52,144 bases of DNA. Source: Candidatus Sericytochromatia bacterium. Lineage in GTDB: Bacteria > Cyanobacteriota > Sericytochromatia > S15B-MN24 > VGJW01. Position 1 is the stretch's first letter; each line of letters opens with the position of its first letter. This document shows positions 29,712 through 39,654 of the stretch, in pieces. Both the position numbers and the translations under genes were made by a program. Under the pieces are notes generated by a model. It ran no database searches. It worked only from the letters and a program-made list of their open reading frames with translations, and was not told the origin of the DNA. The stretch spans positions 1-52,144 of the forward strand of contig JAYKHS010000019.1 in the NCBI GenBank assembly GCA_035285865.1. The letters run 5' to 3'.

Positions 29712-30841
29712 GCCGTCTCCTCCGTGGCGAAAGGTGCGCGCGCCTTGCGTCTGCGTTCCGACCTCGCGGCGAGTCCGAGGCAGAGTCCGATGGAGATGCA
29801 ACCGCCCAGCATGCTGCTTCCCCCGAGGCTGATGAAGGGCAAGGGCACGCCCGTGACCGGCAACAGGGCGACGGCGACACCGATGTTGAGCAAGGCCTGG
29901 CAAGTGATCCCCCCGGCGAGGCCCACGATGGCAGCGCGTGCAAACGGGTCCTCGACCCGCCGGGCAAGATGGAGGGCGCGCACGACCAGGAAGAGGTACG
30001 TCGCGATCAAGAGCACCCCACCCAAGTAACCGAATTCCTCGGCCACGATGGCAAAGATGAAGTCGGTGTGGGCGATGGGGAGATGGCCGAATTTCTGGGT
30101 GCCCAGGCCCCAGCCCTCTCCCAGCAGGCCACCGTGGCCGATGGCCATCAGGGATTGCTCGGCCTGGGTCGGCGGGCCCGGGTGGTCCTTGCCGATCTGG
30201 AGCCACTCGTGGATGCGCGTGGCCCGGTATCCACCGCCCAGAAAGATGGCGCCGACGCCCGCCAGGCCGCAAGACAGGGTGCCGAGAACAATCCAGAGGG
30301 GCATGCCGGCCATCGCTCCGGTGATGAAGGCCCCGGCTGCAAGGCACAGGCCGGTCCCCAGGTCGGACTGGCCGACGATCACCGCACCCAGGGGGACGAG
30401 AAGTCCCGCGGTCGTCAGGAAGATCGCCCTGGGCGTGTCATGGGGCTCGAGACAGCGTTTCGCTACCCAGAGGACCATCATCGGCTTGAGCAGCTCCGAA
30501 GGTTGCAGGGTCATGCTGCCTATCTGGATCCAGCGCGTGGCACCGAGGGTCTTGACCCCGATCCATTGCGTGACGCAGGTCACGGCTGCGATGAGCACAT
30601 AGGAGGAGTTCACCAGCCTGACGAAGGTGGGCTTCCGGGCCCCCGCGAAAAACAGGACGGCGAGCACGCAACTGGCCAGAGCGAACAAGCCTTGGCTGCG
30701 CAACACATGAAAGATGCCGTGACCCCAGTGGACGGAGGTCGGCGTGGAGGCCGACCACACCATGCAGAGCCCGAAGGCCAGAAGGCCGACGAAGGTGGCC
30801 AGCACCCCGGGGTCAGGTCTGGCCGACCTCAAGGAGCCCAC
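29708..30841 (-). CDS. ftsW: SEDS family peptidoglycan glycosyltransferase FtsW (start 30841 GTG or 30832 TTG)
   Basis: GATRWI, QPSE..K, DLG, HTDFIF...EE.G, LP.TG..LPFIS.GGSS. Confidence 0.93.
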   Translation of the reverse strand: MGSLRSARPDPGVLATFVGLLAFGLCMVWSASTPTSVHWGHGIFHVLRSQGLFALASCVLAVLFFAGARKPTFVRLVNSSYVLIAAVTCVTQWIGVKTLGATRWIQIGSMTLQPSELLKPMMVLWVAKRCLEPHDTPRAIFLTTAGLLVPLGAVIVGQSDLGTGLCLAAGAFITGAMAGMPLWIVLGTLSCGLAGVGAIFLGGGYRATRIHEWLQIGKDHPGPPTQAEQSLMAIGHGGLLGEGWGLGTQKFGHLPIAHTDFIFAIVAEEFGYLGGVLLIATYLFLVVRALHLARRVEDPFARAAIVGLAGGITCQALLNIGVAVALLPVTGVPLPFISLGGSSMLGGCISIGLCLGLAARSERRRKARAPFATEETA

Positions 30842-32172
30842 TGCTCCACGACCTCCTTGAACGCCTCCCCGCGATGGACATAGTCCCGATACATGTCGAA
30901 ACTCGCACAGGCCGGTGAGAAGAGCACCACGCCGCCATCCGGGCACGCTTCCGCCGCGCGGGCTACGGCATCATGCAGGTCATTGACCATGGTGAAGGCA
31001 TTGTGTCCGTGTGCTTCGAGGCACCGCGCAAAGTAGGGGCCTGCCTCACCGATGAGGATGGTGTGCCGCACCCGGTCGACGATGGCCTTGAGCAGGGGGC
31101 TGATGTCCCCACCCTTGTCCCGACCTCCGGCAATGAGCACCAAGGGCTCATCGAAGGAGCCGATGGCCTTGACGGTGCTGTCGTAGTTCGTACCTTTGGA
31201 GTCGTTGACGAATGTTCTGCCATGGGCCGTGCGGACGGTTTCGATGCGATGGGGGACAGCCTCGAAGGCTTCGACCGCGCGTCTGACGACCTCGGGGGAG
31301 ACGCCCAGCGCCAGAGCCGCGGCCGAGGCAGCCAGTGCATTCTCGACATTGTGCACGCCCCGAAGCCGGAGTCGCGCCACCGACCAGAGTCGTACGAGGG
31401 CATCCGCCGCGAACCACGTCGCGTACCCGTCACGAATGCTGACGCCCTCCTCCAGAGGGTCCGTGGAAAAGCGCCAGATTCTTGCCCGGGTCTGATCCGA
31501 GAGGCGTTCGGCCCACGGGTCCCCGGCACGGAGAATGGCGTGATCCTGCTCGTCCTGCATGGCGAAGAGCCGCGCCTTTGCCGCGAAGTAGCCCTCCATG
31601 CTGCCGTGGCGTTCCAGATGGTCATCCGTCAGGTTCAAGAAGACGGCAACCTTCGGCTTGATCGTTTGCGCCGTCTCGAGTTGGTAGCTGGATACCTCGA
31701 CCACCAAGGCATCATGCGGGCCTTGCACGTGCCGGACCACCGGTTCCCCGATGTTGCCGCACACGGGTGCGTCCATCCCGGCGGCAGCCAGAATCGCACC
31801 GATCAGACTCGTCGTCGTCGTCTTGCCATTCGTGCCCGTGATGGCTACCCAAGGTGTCGTACCGAGTCGGAAGGCCAACTCGACCTCGCCGATGATCTCG
31901 ACGCCGTCTGCCTCGGCTGCCTGGACCGCAGCGAGGGCCCTCGGGACACCGGGCGAGAGCACCAGGAGGTCGGCTTCAGCGGTGGTCTGGGTATGGCTGC
32001 CTGCCTCGACCTGCACGCCCTCCGGCAGGCTTGCGATCGCTCTTTCGAGGGCCTCGATGGGCCGCTGATCCGACACGATGACACGGGCGCCGAGGCTGTG
32101 CAGGGATTCCGCCAAGGCAATTCCTGTTTGACCTAATCCGAGAATGCCGACAACACGATCCTTCAGGTGCAT
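30829..32172 (-). CDS. murD: UDP-N-acetylmuramoyl-L-alanine--D-glutamate ligase
   Basis: GTNGKTTT, EVSSYQL, DHLERH, NDSKGTN, SPACASFD. Confidence 0.96.
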   Translation of the reverse strand: MHLKDRVVGILGLGQTGIALAESLHSLGARVIVSDQRPIEALERAIASLPEGVQVEAGSHTQTTAEADLLVLSPGVPRALAAVQAAEADGVEIIGEVELAFRLGTTPWVAITGTNGKTTTTSLIGAILAAAGMDAPVCGNIGEPVVRHVQGPHDALVVEVSSYQLETAQTIKPKVAVFLNLTDDHLERHGSMEGYFAAKARLFAMQDEQDHAILRAGDPWAERLSDQTRARIWRFSTDPLEEGVSIRDGYATWFAADALVRLWSVARLRLRGVHNVENALAASAAALALGVSPEVVRRAVEAFEAVPHRIETVRTAHGRTFVNDSKGTNYDSTVKAIGSFDEPLVLIAGGRDKGGDISPLLKAIVDRVRHTILIGEAGPYFARCLEAHGHNAFTMVNDLHDAVARAAEACPDGGVVLFSPACASFDMYRDYVHRGEAFKEVVEQWAP

Positions 32173-32181
32173 CGCTTATGC

Positions 32182-33174
32182 CTATCCGATCATCAGTGCC
32201 AAGAGGGCCCCCGCAACGCCTACGAGGCAGAAGCGGGTCACGACAAGCGTCTCCGCCATGCCACCAAGCTCGAAATGGTGATGCAGCGGCGACATCCTGA
32301 AGATGCGCCGACCTTTGGACAGCTTGAACCAGGCCACTTGCAGCATGACCGATCCGGTCTCCGCCAGGAACACCACTCCGATCGGCAGCAGGTAGAGGTG
32401 AGCATGGCCGAGGACGGCGAGCATCAACAATGCGGCCCCGAGGCCGAGCGAGCCGGTGTCCCCCATGAAGACCTTGGCAGGATGGCCGTTGAGCCAGAGG
32501 AATCCGAGACACGCTCCGGCGAGCGCCTGGGCGAGCGGGATCATGCCGGGGTGGGCACTGGGAAGGCCGATCCGCATCAGGACTCCGGACAAGGCAAGGA
32601 AGGCAATGGCCGACGTAGCCGCGGCAAGTCCGTCAAGGCCGTCCGTGAGGTTCACGGCATTGCTGAAGCCGACGAGCAGGAAGGCCGTCAGCAACCAGTA
32701 GCCGAGGCCAAGATCGATCACCTGGTGACTGCCCGGGACGATCACCCACGGGGAGTGTCCCAGTCTGGCGAGGAGAAAGCAGGCTCCTGCGGCCAGCAAC
32801 CACTGCGCGGCGAACTTCTGGCGCGCGCTCAGGCCCATGTTCCGCCCTCGGCGCAGACTCAACCAGTCGTCGAGGAACCCGAGAGCCGTGTAGGCCAGCC
32901 AGGTACCCATCACGACGACCAGTTGCGGATCGCGGTCCACGAAAGGCAAGGAGCCTGCAAGCGCGGCTGCGCTGATCCACAGACCTCCCAGCGAGGGCGT
33001 GCCTGCCTTGGCGTGATGGCTGCTCGGTCCCTCCTCCCGGATGAACTGTCCGGTCCTGAGTGCCGCAAGGCCACGCAACGCCAGCGGCCCACCGACGATG
33101 GCCACGGCCAGGGCCACGAACAGGGCCCAGGTCATCGGCACGAAGCTCCAACCGCTCCCAAGGGCCAGGAACAT
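32182..33174 (-). CDS. mraY: Phospho-N-acetylmuramoyl-pentapeptide transferase
   Basis: K.GTPS.GG, LDD, NAVNLTDGLDGL, FMGDTGS, PLHHHFE. Confidence 0.96.
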   Translation of the reverse strand: MFLALGSGWSFVPMTWALFVALAVAIVGGPLALRGLAALRTGQFIREEGPSSHHAKAGTPSLGGLWISAAALAGSLPFVDRDPQLVVVMGTWLAYTALGFLDDWLSLRRGRNMGLSARQKFAAQWLLAAGACFLLARLGHSPWVIVPGSHQVIDLGLGYWLLTAFLLVGFSNAVNLTDGLDGLAAATSAIAFLALSGVLMRIGLPSAHPGMIPLAQALAGACLGFLWLNGHPAKVFMGDTGSLGLGAALLMLAVLGHAHLYLLPIGVVFLAETGSVMLQVAWFKLSKGRRIFRMSPLHHHFELGGMAETLVVTRFCLVGVAGALLALMIG

Positions 33175-34553
33175 CAGTGGTCCTCCTCCTGATGCAACAC
33201 GAGACCGGCAACCACCTCGTCCAGGCGGGCCGCGCGGGAGCCCTTCACCAGGATGCGGTCCCCCGGTTCGACGCGCTCTTGCAGGCTGCGGACGGCATCT
33301 GCAGGCGTGGCGCAATGGACGACGCGGTTCCCCAGGGTCGTCGTCAGAGCCTCGGGGCCATCGCCTACGGTGACCACCAGATCGATGGGTGCCGAGGCCA
33401 ACCATCGGGCAAGCTCCAGCCACGCCGCCTCTGCGTGTTCGCCGAGTTCGGCCATTTCTCCGAGCACCACCATCCTGCGACGTGCTGCCGGGACCGCGCA
33501 GAAGGTCTCGAGACTGGCACGCATGCTCTCGGGATTGGCGTTGTAGCTTTCGTCCACGACGTCGATGGATCCTGCCGTGAGGACCTGGCCACGGCCCCCG
33601 ACGCCCAGACCCGGCAACGAGAGGGTTGCGGGAAGGTCCAGCCCGAGCGCCAGCAGCGTGGCGACGGCGCCGAGCGCGTTGACGGCGTGGTGGTTTCCGG
33701 GCAGGGGCAGGGTCAGGAGCGAGGAGCCCGCGCGTCCATCGGGCAGATCCCACCGGACGGGCAGCAACCAGCCGGTTTCCCCGAGAGCGAGAGGTGCTGC
33801 CGCTCGGATTTGGGCGTCGGGCCGTCCTTTGGCCGACGTCCGCCATGCGCCGGCATGGCGGTCCGCAAGGCAGTCACACCAGGGGTTGTCGCCATCCGTG
33901 ATGGCCTGCCCCCCGGACGCAAGGCCGCTGAAAAGCTCGCCCTTGGCTTCCATTATGGCTTCCTGAGACCCGAGCAGCTCGATGTGTGCACGACCGACCG
34001 TGGTGATGATGCCGATGTCCGGCTCGGCGACCTCTGCGAGCAGGGCAATCTGTCCCGACCCGCGCATGCCCATCTCGAGCACCACCACCTCCGTGCCGGC
34101 CGGTACGGAGAGGATGCTCCGGGGCACGCCCACCTCGTTGTTGTGGTTCTCGGGGCTCCGGAAGACTGATCGGTACCGGGCGGCGAGATCGGCCACCAGC
34201 TCCTTGGTCGTGGTCTTGCCGGAGGAACCCGTGATGCCGATGACGCGCCATCCTTCACGTCTGCGGACATGGCGTGCAAGGTGCCCGTAGGCCACCAGCG
34301 TGTCCGGTACGACCCAGGTGGGCACGCCTTCGGGCGCTGCTTCGGGTCGGGAGACGAGGACACCTGTCGCACCCCGACCGATTGCCGTCTCGATGAATCG
34401 GTGCCCGTCGAAACGCGGGCCCTGCAAGGCGACGAACAAGGCACCCTCGCAGGGCTCGCGACTGTCCGTCACGACACGAGCGAACGGCACGTCCCCACCG
34501 GGGCCCGTGGGGAATCCGGCTGTTGCTGCCGTGATCTCGGCGGGTCGGATCAC
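33174..34553 (-). CDS. murF: UDP-MurNAc-tripeptide--D-Ala-D-Ala ligase
   Basis: DSR, GSSGKTTTKE, NNEVG, EMGM, DESYNANP, KGSR. Confidence 0.96.
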   Translation of the reverse strand: MIRPAEITAATAGFPTGPGGDVPFARVVTDSREPCEGALFVALQGPRFDGHRFIETAIGRGATGVLVSRPEAAPEGVPTWVVPDTLVAYGHLARHVRRREGWRVIGITGSSGKTTTKELVADLAARYRSVFRSPENHNNEVGVPRSILSVPAGTEVVVLEMGMRGSGQIALLAEVAEPDIGIITTVGRAHIELLGSQEAIMEAKGELFSGLASGGQAITDGDNPWCDCLADRHAGAWRTSAKGRPDAQIRAAAPLALGETGWLLPVRWDLPDGRAGSSLLTLPLPGNHHAVNALGAVATLLALGLDLPATLSLPGLGVGGRGQVLTAGSIDVVDESYNANPESMRASLETFCAVPAARRRMVVLGEMAELGEHAEAAWLELARWLASAPIDLVVTVGDGPEALTTTLGNRVVHCATPADAVRSLQERVEPGDRILVKGSRAARLDEVVAGLVLHQEEDH

Positions 34554-36043
34554 GGATGCCCTGCCTCGTCGGTCAGCAGGCCCCTCACGGCCAGGCGGGC
34601 GACTTCCCGATCGTCGAAGGCGATCCGGCGATCGCCGATGATTTGCCAGGGCTCATGTCCCTTGCCGGCGATGACCACGCTGTCTCCTGGCCGTGCGGCA
34701 GCGATGGCGCTTCGGATGGCCTGGCCCCTGTCGGGTTCGATGACCGCATCGGACGGCAGCCCGGGAGCCATGTCTGCCAGGATGGCGGCAGGGTCCTCGG
34801 AACGTGGATTGTCGCTCGTCGCGATCACGATGTCCGCACCCGCCGCAGCAGCCCTCGCCATCAGCGGGCGCTTGCCCCGGTCACGATCCCCACCGCAGCC
34901 GAAGACGACGATGACGCGCCCCGGCGTGACGTGCCTGACGGCCTCGAGCACCTTGACCAGGCCATCCGGTGTATGAGCGTAGTCCACGAGTACGTGGAAG
35001 GGGTGGTCGACGGGGGTGACACGCTCGAGGCGACCGGCAACCGCAGGCATGCGCGCAAGGGCCGCGAGCAAGGGGTCCGGTCTGCGTCCCGAGCCAACCT
35101 CGGCGGCCAAGGCTGCCAACGCATTGGCCAGATTGAAACCTCCGGGCAGCGACAACTGCAGGGGATATCGGCCCGAGGGCGTGACGAGCGTCCCGCTCGT
35201 GCCATCGGCCTTCATCACGACGTTTTCAGCGCCGACATCGGCTCCTGGCCTGAGGCCGAACGTGATGATGCGGGCTCGGGTATCGCGCACCATCCGCGCG
35301 TGGGCCGGGTCGTCCCCGTGGACGACGGCTGCCCCATCCGGTGCGAGGCCGTCGAAGAGGCGCGCCTTGGCGTCGGCGTAGGCCGCCATAGTGCCGTGGT
35401 AGTCGAGGTGGTCCTGGGACAGATTGGTGAAGATGCCCGTCCGGAAGGCCACCTCGCCGACGCGGTGCTGATCGAGGGCGTGCGAACTGACCTCCATCGC
35501 GACGCGTTGGACCCCGGCGTCCGCCATCAAGGCCAGCAGTTCCTGAAGGACATTGGCCTGGGGCGTGGTGAAGCCCACATCGACCTGGGTGACGAGGCCC
35601 CCGGCATCGTGACGGGCACCCAAGGTGCCGAGGACGCCGCAAGGAATCCCGGCTGCGCGCCAGCCGGCCTCGAGCATGTGCGTCACCGTGGTCTTGCCGT
35701 TGGTGCCGGTCACTCCCGTCAGGTCCAGCCGACGCGCCGGGTAACCGTGGAATGCTGCTGCGGCGCGGGCCAGTGCCGGTGCAGTATCGGTCACGGGCAG
35801 CCACGGACCGCGGGGCAGGTCGGACAGTCGCCTGAAGTCCACCACTGCAGCCACGGCTCCTCGCGCGAGGGCCTCTTGCAGATGTGCGTGGCCATCCACG
35901 CGCGTGCCCTTGAGGGCCACGAAGACGTCTCCTGGCTGGATGCTTCGCGAGTCCAGGCGAATTCCCCGAACGACCGCGTCGGGCACGGAACTTTCCGGGG
36001 GCTCGGGGCAACCGAGGAGCAGAGCGAGGTCACGGACGTTCAT
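34550..36043 (-). CDS. murE: UDP-MurNAc-dipeptide--meso-DAP ligase
   Basis: GTNGKTT, EVSSH, DHLDYH, DYAHTPD, DNPR (DAP-type), AGKGHE. Confidence 0.96.
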   Translation of the reverse strand: MNVRDLALLLGCPEPPESSVPDAVVRGIRLDSRSIQPGDVFVALKGTRVDGHAHLQEALARGAVAAVVDFRRLSDLPRGPWLPVTDTAPALARAAAAFHGYPARRLDLTGVTGTNGKTTVTHMLEAGWRAAGIPCGVLGTLGARHDAGGLVTQVDVGFTTPQANVLQELLALMADAGVQRVAMEVSSHALDQHRVGEVAFRTGIFTNLSQDHLDYHGTMAAYADAKARLFDGLAPDGAAVVHGDDPAHARMVRDTRARIITFGLRPGADVGAENVVMKADGTSGTLVTPSGRYPLQLSLPGGFNLANALAALAAEVGSGRRPDPLLAALARMPAVAGRLERVTPVDHPFHVLVDYAHTPDGLVKVLEAVRHVTPGRVIVVFGCGGDRDRGKRPLMARAAAAGADIVIATSDNPRSEDPAAILADMAPGLPSDAVIEPDRGQAIRSAIAAARPGDSVVIAGKGHEPWQIIGDRRIAFDDREVARLAVRGLLTDEAGHP

Positions 36044-37755
36044 GGTTGGCTCGGAGGGATGCCCAGCGTGCGCAGGCTGGCAATGGCGACGTCTCGGAAG
36101 AGCGGCGCCGACGTCATACTGGCAAAGTGTGCCATGGTCGGGCTGTCGAGTGAGGCCAAGATGACCAATTTCGGCGCTTCGGCCGGTACGAATCCGAGAA
36201 ATGAAGCAATGACCTCCCCGCCGTAGCTGCGGCCATCCGGTCCCACCTTGTCGGCCGTGCCGGTCTTCCCGGCGACGCGATAGTCGGCAATCCGCGCCTG
36301 GGTTCCCGTCCCCCCATCCTGGGTGACGCCTTCCAGCATCCGGCTCAGGTCGCGGACGACCTTGGGCGAGAGCACGCGCTGACCTGTGGTGGGCGGCAGT
36401 TTCTGGATCAGTTGACCCTCTTCGTCCTCGACACGGTCGACGAAGCGCGGGGCTACCTGGATGCCTCCGTTGGCGACCATGCACATGGCTGTCGCGAGTT
36501 GCATCGCCGTGGCAGCGATGCCCTGGCCGTAGGAAACGGTGGCCTGGGTGAGCCGGGACCAAGGTTGGGGCGGGACGAGGCCTGCCGATTCGCCGCGCCA
36601 TTCGGGTGTGGTCCGGCGTCCGAAGCCGAGATGCTCCAGCTGGGCGGCGTGGACGGCCGAGGGCATTCGCCAGCCGATGTGCGTCGTGCCCACATTGCTC
36701 GAGACCTTGAGAATCTCGGGTACGGACAGGATGCGCACCGCCGCCGGGGGATCATGGTCGCCGATCGTGGCCGTGCCGATGTGCAGCTTGGCTGCGCAAG
36801 AGATCCGCTCGTCGGGGCTGAGGTGACCGGTCTCCATGGCCGCGGCCATGGTGAAGGGCTTCATGATCGATCCTGGCTCGAAGACGTCCGACATGGCCTT
36901 GACCCGGGTGACGTCCTGGGCGGCCTCTCGTCCGAAGTTCGGGTCGAAATCCGGCCACGATGCGAGGGCAAGGACATCGCCGCTCTCGGGATTCATGACG
37001 ATGACGGTGCCCCCCTTCGCTTTCTGGAGGAGCACGGCGCGTGCGAGGGCCTTTTCGGCATGGTGCTGGAGGCGAGCGTCCAGCGTCAGCACGATGCGGC
37101 GCCCGTGCGCCGTTGCCGGCAGGCTCGCTGCCTCGCGCGAGCTGAAGAACGGGTTGCCCCAGCGGTCCGATTCGACCCGTGCGACTTGTCTCGGGCCACG
37201 GATCAGGCGGTCGTGGGCATATTCGAGTCCTGAAAGGCCCTGATTGTCCATGCCGACCCATCCCAGAAGGGAGGCGGCGAGTCGGCCCCGGGGATAGGAA
37301 CGCAGGGTCTCCGGCCGGAGGCCGATGCCCTCTTTCCCGAGTTTGAGGGCGCGGACGCGATTGGCCGTCGTCTTGTCGATGCGACGCTTCAGCCAGACCC
37401 AGCGCGGTTTCGCCAGCGTGGCCCGCAGTTCGGCCTCATCGAGGCCCAGTACTGGCGCAAGCTTGGCCGCCATGACGCCTGGGTCCATGCTGCGTTCCTT
37501 GCCGGAGTAGCCTACGGACTCACGCTGCAGGGAGAGTGCGAGAACCTGGCCCCGACGATCGACGAGGTCCCCGCGTTCGGGCGCCAAGGCGAAGGCCTTC
37601 GTGCGCAGGTTCTCGGCCTTCCGGCTGTGGTCGACGCCTTGAAAGAGCGCGTGACGCGCGAATTGACCCAGCAGGATCAGGCTGTACAGGCCGAGGCTCC
37701 CGAGCAGCCATGCCTGGCGTTTACGCAGCGAAACGCTGCGCCGGGCGTCTACCAC
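36040..37755 (-). CDS. ftsI: Class B penicillin-binding protein (FtsI/PBP3)
   Basis: RG.LVDR, GLSGLE, EPGSIMK (SxxK), SSN, GKTGT. Confidence 0.93.
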   Translation of the reverse strand: MVDARRSVSLRKRQAWLLGSLGLYSLILLGQFARHALFQGVDHSRKAENLRTKAFALAPERGDLVDRRGQVLALSLQRESVGYSGKERSMDPGVMAAKLAPVLGLDEAELRATLAKPRWVWLKRRIDKTTANRVRALKLGKEGIGLRPETLRSYPRGRLAASLLGWVGMDNQGLSGLEYAHDRLIRGPRQVARVESDRWGNPFFSSREAASLPATAHGRRIVLTLDARLQHHAEKALARAVLLQKAKGGTVIVMNPESGDVLALASWPDFDPNFGREAAQDVTRVKAMSDVFEPGSIMKPFTMAAAMETGHLSPDERISCAAKLHIGTATIGDHDPPAAVRILSVPEILKVSSNVGTTHIGWRMPSAVHAAQLEHLGFGRRTTPEWRGESAGLVPPQPWSRLTQATVSYGQGIAATAMQLATAMCMVANGGIQVAPRFVDRVEDEEGQLIQKLPPTTGQRVLSPKVVRDLSRMLEGVTQDGGTGTQARIADYRVAGKTGTADKVGPDGRSYGGEVIASFLGFVPAEAPKLVILASLDSPTMAHFASMTSAPLFRDVAIASLRTLGIPPSQP

Positions 37756-38141
37756 GCCGCGCGCATCCCGATCCGCGGTGTCACGGGGGCTTCGTGCGTG
37801 ACGGCTACCGGGGGTGGGGGGAAGTAGGCCACGCGTGTGGCGTCGCTCATCCCCATGGCGCGGGCGCGCTGGCCGACTTGCTCCAAAGACTCCCGCCGCG
37901 CCAGTTCATTCTCCGTGGCGATGATGTCCTGTGCCTTGGCCTTGAGCGTGCTGCGCAACTCGGCGAGTCGATGCTGGCGCACCGTGATCTGGGTGACAAG
38001 CACGCACTCGACCAGGAACATGCACACGAAGAGCGTCCATATCGGATGGCGGCGCATCAGGCTCTTGACCCCGGCCCGGGGCATCGGTTTCGGGCGACGG
38101 CGGCGTTCATGACGGACCTCGGGCTTGCGGACCACGCTCAT
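37749..38141 (-). CDS. ftsL: FtsL-like bitopic protein
   Basis: Basic N-terminus, TM, coiled coil, ending ARAMGM; position between rsmH and ftsI. Confidence 0.7.
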   Translation of the reverse strand: MSVVRKPEVRHERRRRPKPMPRAGVKSLMRRHPIWTLFVCMFLVECVLVTQITVRQHRLAELRSTLKAKAQDIIATENELARRESLEQVGQRARAMGMSDATRVAYFPPPPVAVTHEAPVTPRIGMRAAW

Positions 38142-39076
38142 CGGACTCGTTCCACGGCTCTGAGTCGGGCGCTGCGCGCCCTGGGATTGCTGGCCACGCC
38201 AGCTTCATCGGCCTTGCGGGCCCCGGCATGGACCCAACGGGCGGATGCGACCTGCCCGCAAGCGCAAGCGGGCAGCCTCGGGGGGCAGATGCACCCGCGT
38301 GTCGCGGACTGCATGGCTTGTTTGACCATACGGTCCTCGAGGGAGTGGAAGCTGATGACGGCGAGGCGACCTCCCGGTCGCAACCTCCCCAGAGCCAGCG
38401 CGAGCGCTCTTTCGAGGCAGCCGAGTTCGTCATTCACGGCCATCCGGAGCGCCTGAAAGGTGCGGGTGGCCGCATGGCCCTTTCGCGGCCGGGCAGCGAC
38501 AGACGCGACCGTCTCGGCCAGGGCCAGCGTGTCGGCGAATGGTTGGCGTCGATGAATGGCCTCGGCCACGCGGCGTGCGTTGGGCTCCTCCCCGTAGGCA
38601 CGCAGCAGGCGAGCGAGTTCGCCTGCATCCAGCCTCGCGATCAACGCTGCCGCGCTCTCGCCTGAGTCCGGATCCATGCGCATGTCCACGGGACCGCCAC
38701 GCTGGAAGGAAAAGCCCCTTTCGGCCTGGTCCAACTGCATGCTGGAGACCCCGAGGTCCAGCAGGATGCCGTCCAGCGAGTCCGGCGGCTGTTGTGCGAT
38801 CGCCCGGTCGAAGGTGTCGTGAAGCGTTTCCAGGATGCCCCCGGGGGTGGCGAGGCGGTCGGCCGTCGCCCGCAGGATGCGGGCGTCTCGATCCACCCCG
38901 ATGTAGCGGCCGTTCGGACCCAGTCGCGCCATGAGGGCCGAGGCGTGCCCACCCGCTCCCAAGGTCCCGTCAAGCAGGACGAATCCCGGCCGGGGATCCA
39001 GCGCCTCGAGCACCTCCTCGAGCAGCACCGGCAGATGGCGGGCGTCCTCGGGCAGCATGGACGGGTCGGGGCTCAT
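38138..39076 (-). CDS. rsmH: 16S rRNA m4C1402 methyltransferase
   Basis: HLPVLL, DGTLGAGGH, DLGVSSMQ, FQALR.AVN, FHSLEDR, NPRARSA. Confidence 0.97.
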   Translation of the reverse strand: MSPDPSMLPEDARHLPVLLEEVLEALDPRPGFVLLDGTLGAGGHASALMARLGPNGRYIGVDRDARILRATADRLATPGGILETLHDTFDRAIAQQPPDSLDGILLDLGVSSMQLDQAERGFSFQRGGPVDMRMDPDSGESAAALIARLDAGELARLLRAYGEEPNARRVAEAIHRRQPFADTLALAETVASVAARPRKGHAATRTFQALRMAVNDELGCLERALALALGRLRPGGRLAVISFHSLEDRMVKQAMQSATRGCICPPRLPACACGQVASARWVHAGARKADEAGVASNPRARSARLRAVERVR

Positions 39077-39084
39077 GAAGCGGT

Positions 39085-39116
39085 ATCGTCCATCACGTTG
39101 TTGTGATTGTCAACAA
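39085..39116 (-). promoter_or_regulatory. sigma70 promoter of the rsmH/dcw operon with overlapping palindrome
   Basis: TTGACA (39113-39108), 17 nt, GACGAT (39090-39085); TTGTTG-N7-CAACAA at 39098-39116. Confidence 0.6.
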
Positions 39117-39149
39117 TTTGCCTTGCGTGCTGTAGTTGCATGGAGTGCA

Positions 39150-39179
39150 TCCGGGGGCGGAGTGGACTCCGCCCCCGGA
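39150..39179 (-). terminator. Strong hairpin directly after rnpB
   Basis: TCCGGGGGCGGAGT-gg-ACTCCGCCCCCGGA 14-bp inverted repeat; no U-tract. Confidence 0.6.
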
Positions 39180-39180
39180 T

Positions 39181-39522
39181 GGTGGGCCTGTAAGCCGGAT
39201 TCTGTCCCCTTTCGGGGGGTGACCATCTATCTGGGACCCGCATTGCTGCGGACCTCGAGCGATGCAACCCGGGGAATCGGCGGGCAGCGTCATCTTCCCC
39301 TGTTCGATCTTGCTCCGGATGGGGTTTGCCTGGCCAGTCGATCACCCGACTGCCGGTGGTCTCTTACACCGCCTTTGCACCCTTGCCCTGACCGCGAGGG
39401 TCGGGGCGGTCTGTTTCTGTGGCACTGTCCTCGGGGTCTCCCCCACTGGGCGTTACCCAGCATCCTGCCCTGCGGAGTCCGGACTTTCCTCGACGTTGCC
39501 GCCGCGGTCACCCGGCCCACGT
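39181..39522 (-). ncRNA. rnpB: RNase P RNA (bacterial type A)
   Basis: Minus strand has GAGGAAAGTCCGG, AGTGCCACAGAAA, GGCAAACCCC, ACAGAATCCGGCTTA; P1 GTGGGCC/GGCCCAC. Confidence 0.97.
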
Positions 39523-39526
39523 TGGC

Positions 39527-39555
39527 ATCGTGCCAATCTGCCCGGGTGGCGTCAA
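39527..39555 (-). promoter_or_regulatory. rnpB sigma70 promoter
   Basis: TTGACG, 17 nt, CACGAT, ending ~6 nt before the RNA 5' end. Confidence 0.7.
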
Positions 39556-39605
39556 GGCAACCGCGCAGGCCGCGAGGGTGATCCCGCGCACCGATGTCGC
39601 GCGTT

Positions 39606-39642
39606 CGAACAAGTATTCGTATGGATGGCGATCATTTGTTCG
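39606..39642. promoter_or_regulatory. Two tandem LexA-like (GAAC-N4-GTTC) boxes
   Basis: CGAAC-aagt-ATTCG (39606-39619) and CGATC-attt-GTTCG (39629-39642), each one mismatch from CGAAC-N4-GTTCG. Confidence 0.55.
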
Positions 39643-39654
39643 AAAGGGGTATTC

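Noticed and set aside
39073..39600. Several short ORFs over 39.1-39.6 kb
   Set aside because: They overlap the clearly identifiable RNase P RNA gene and its promoter.
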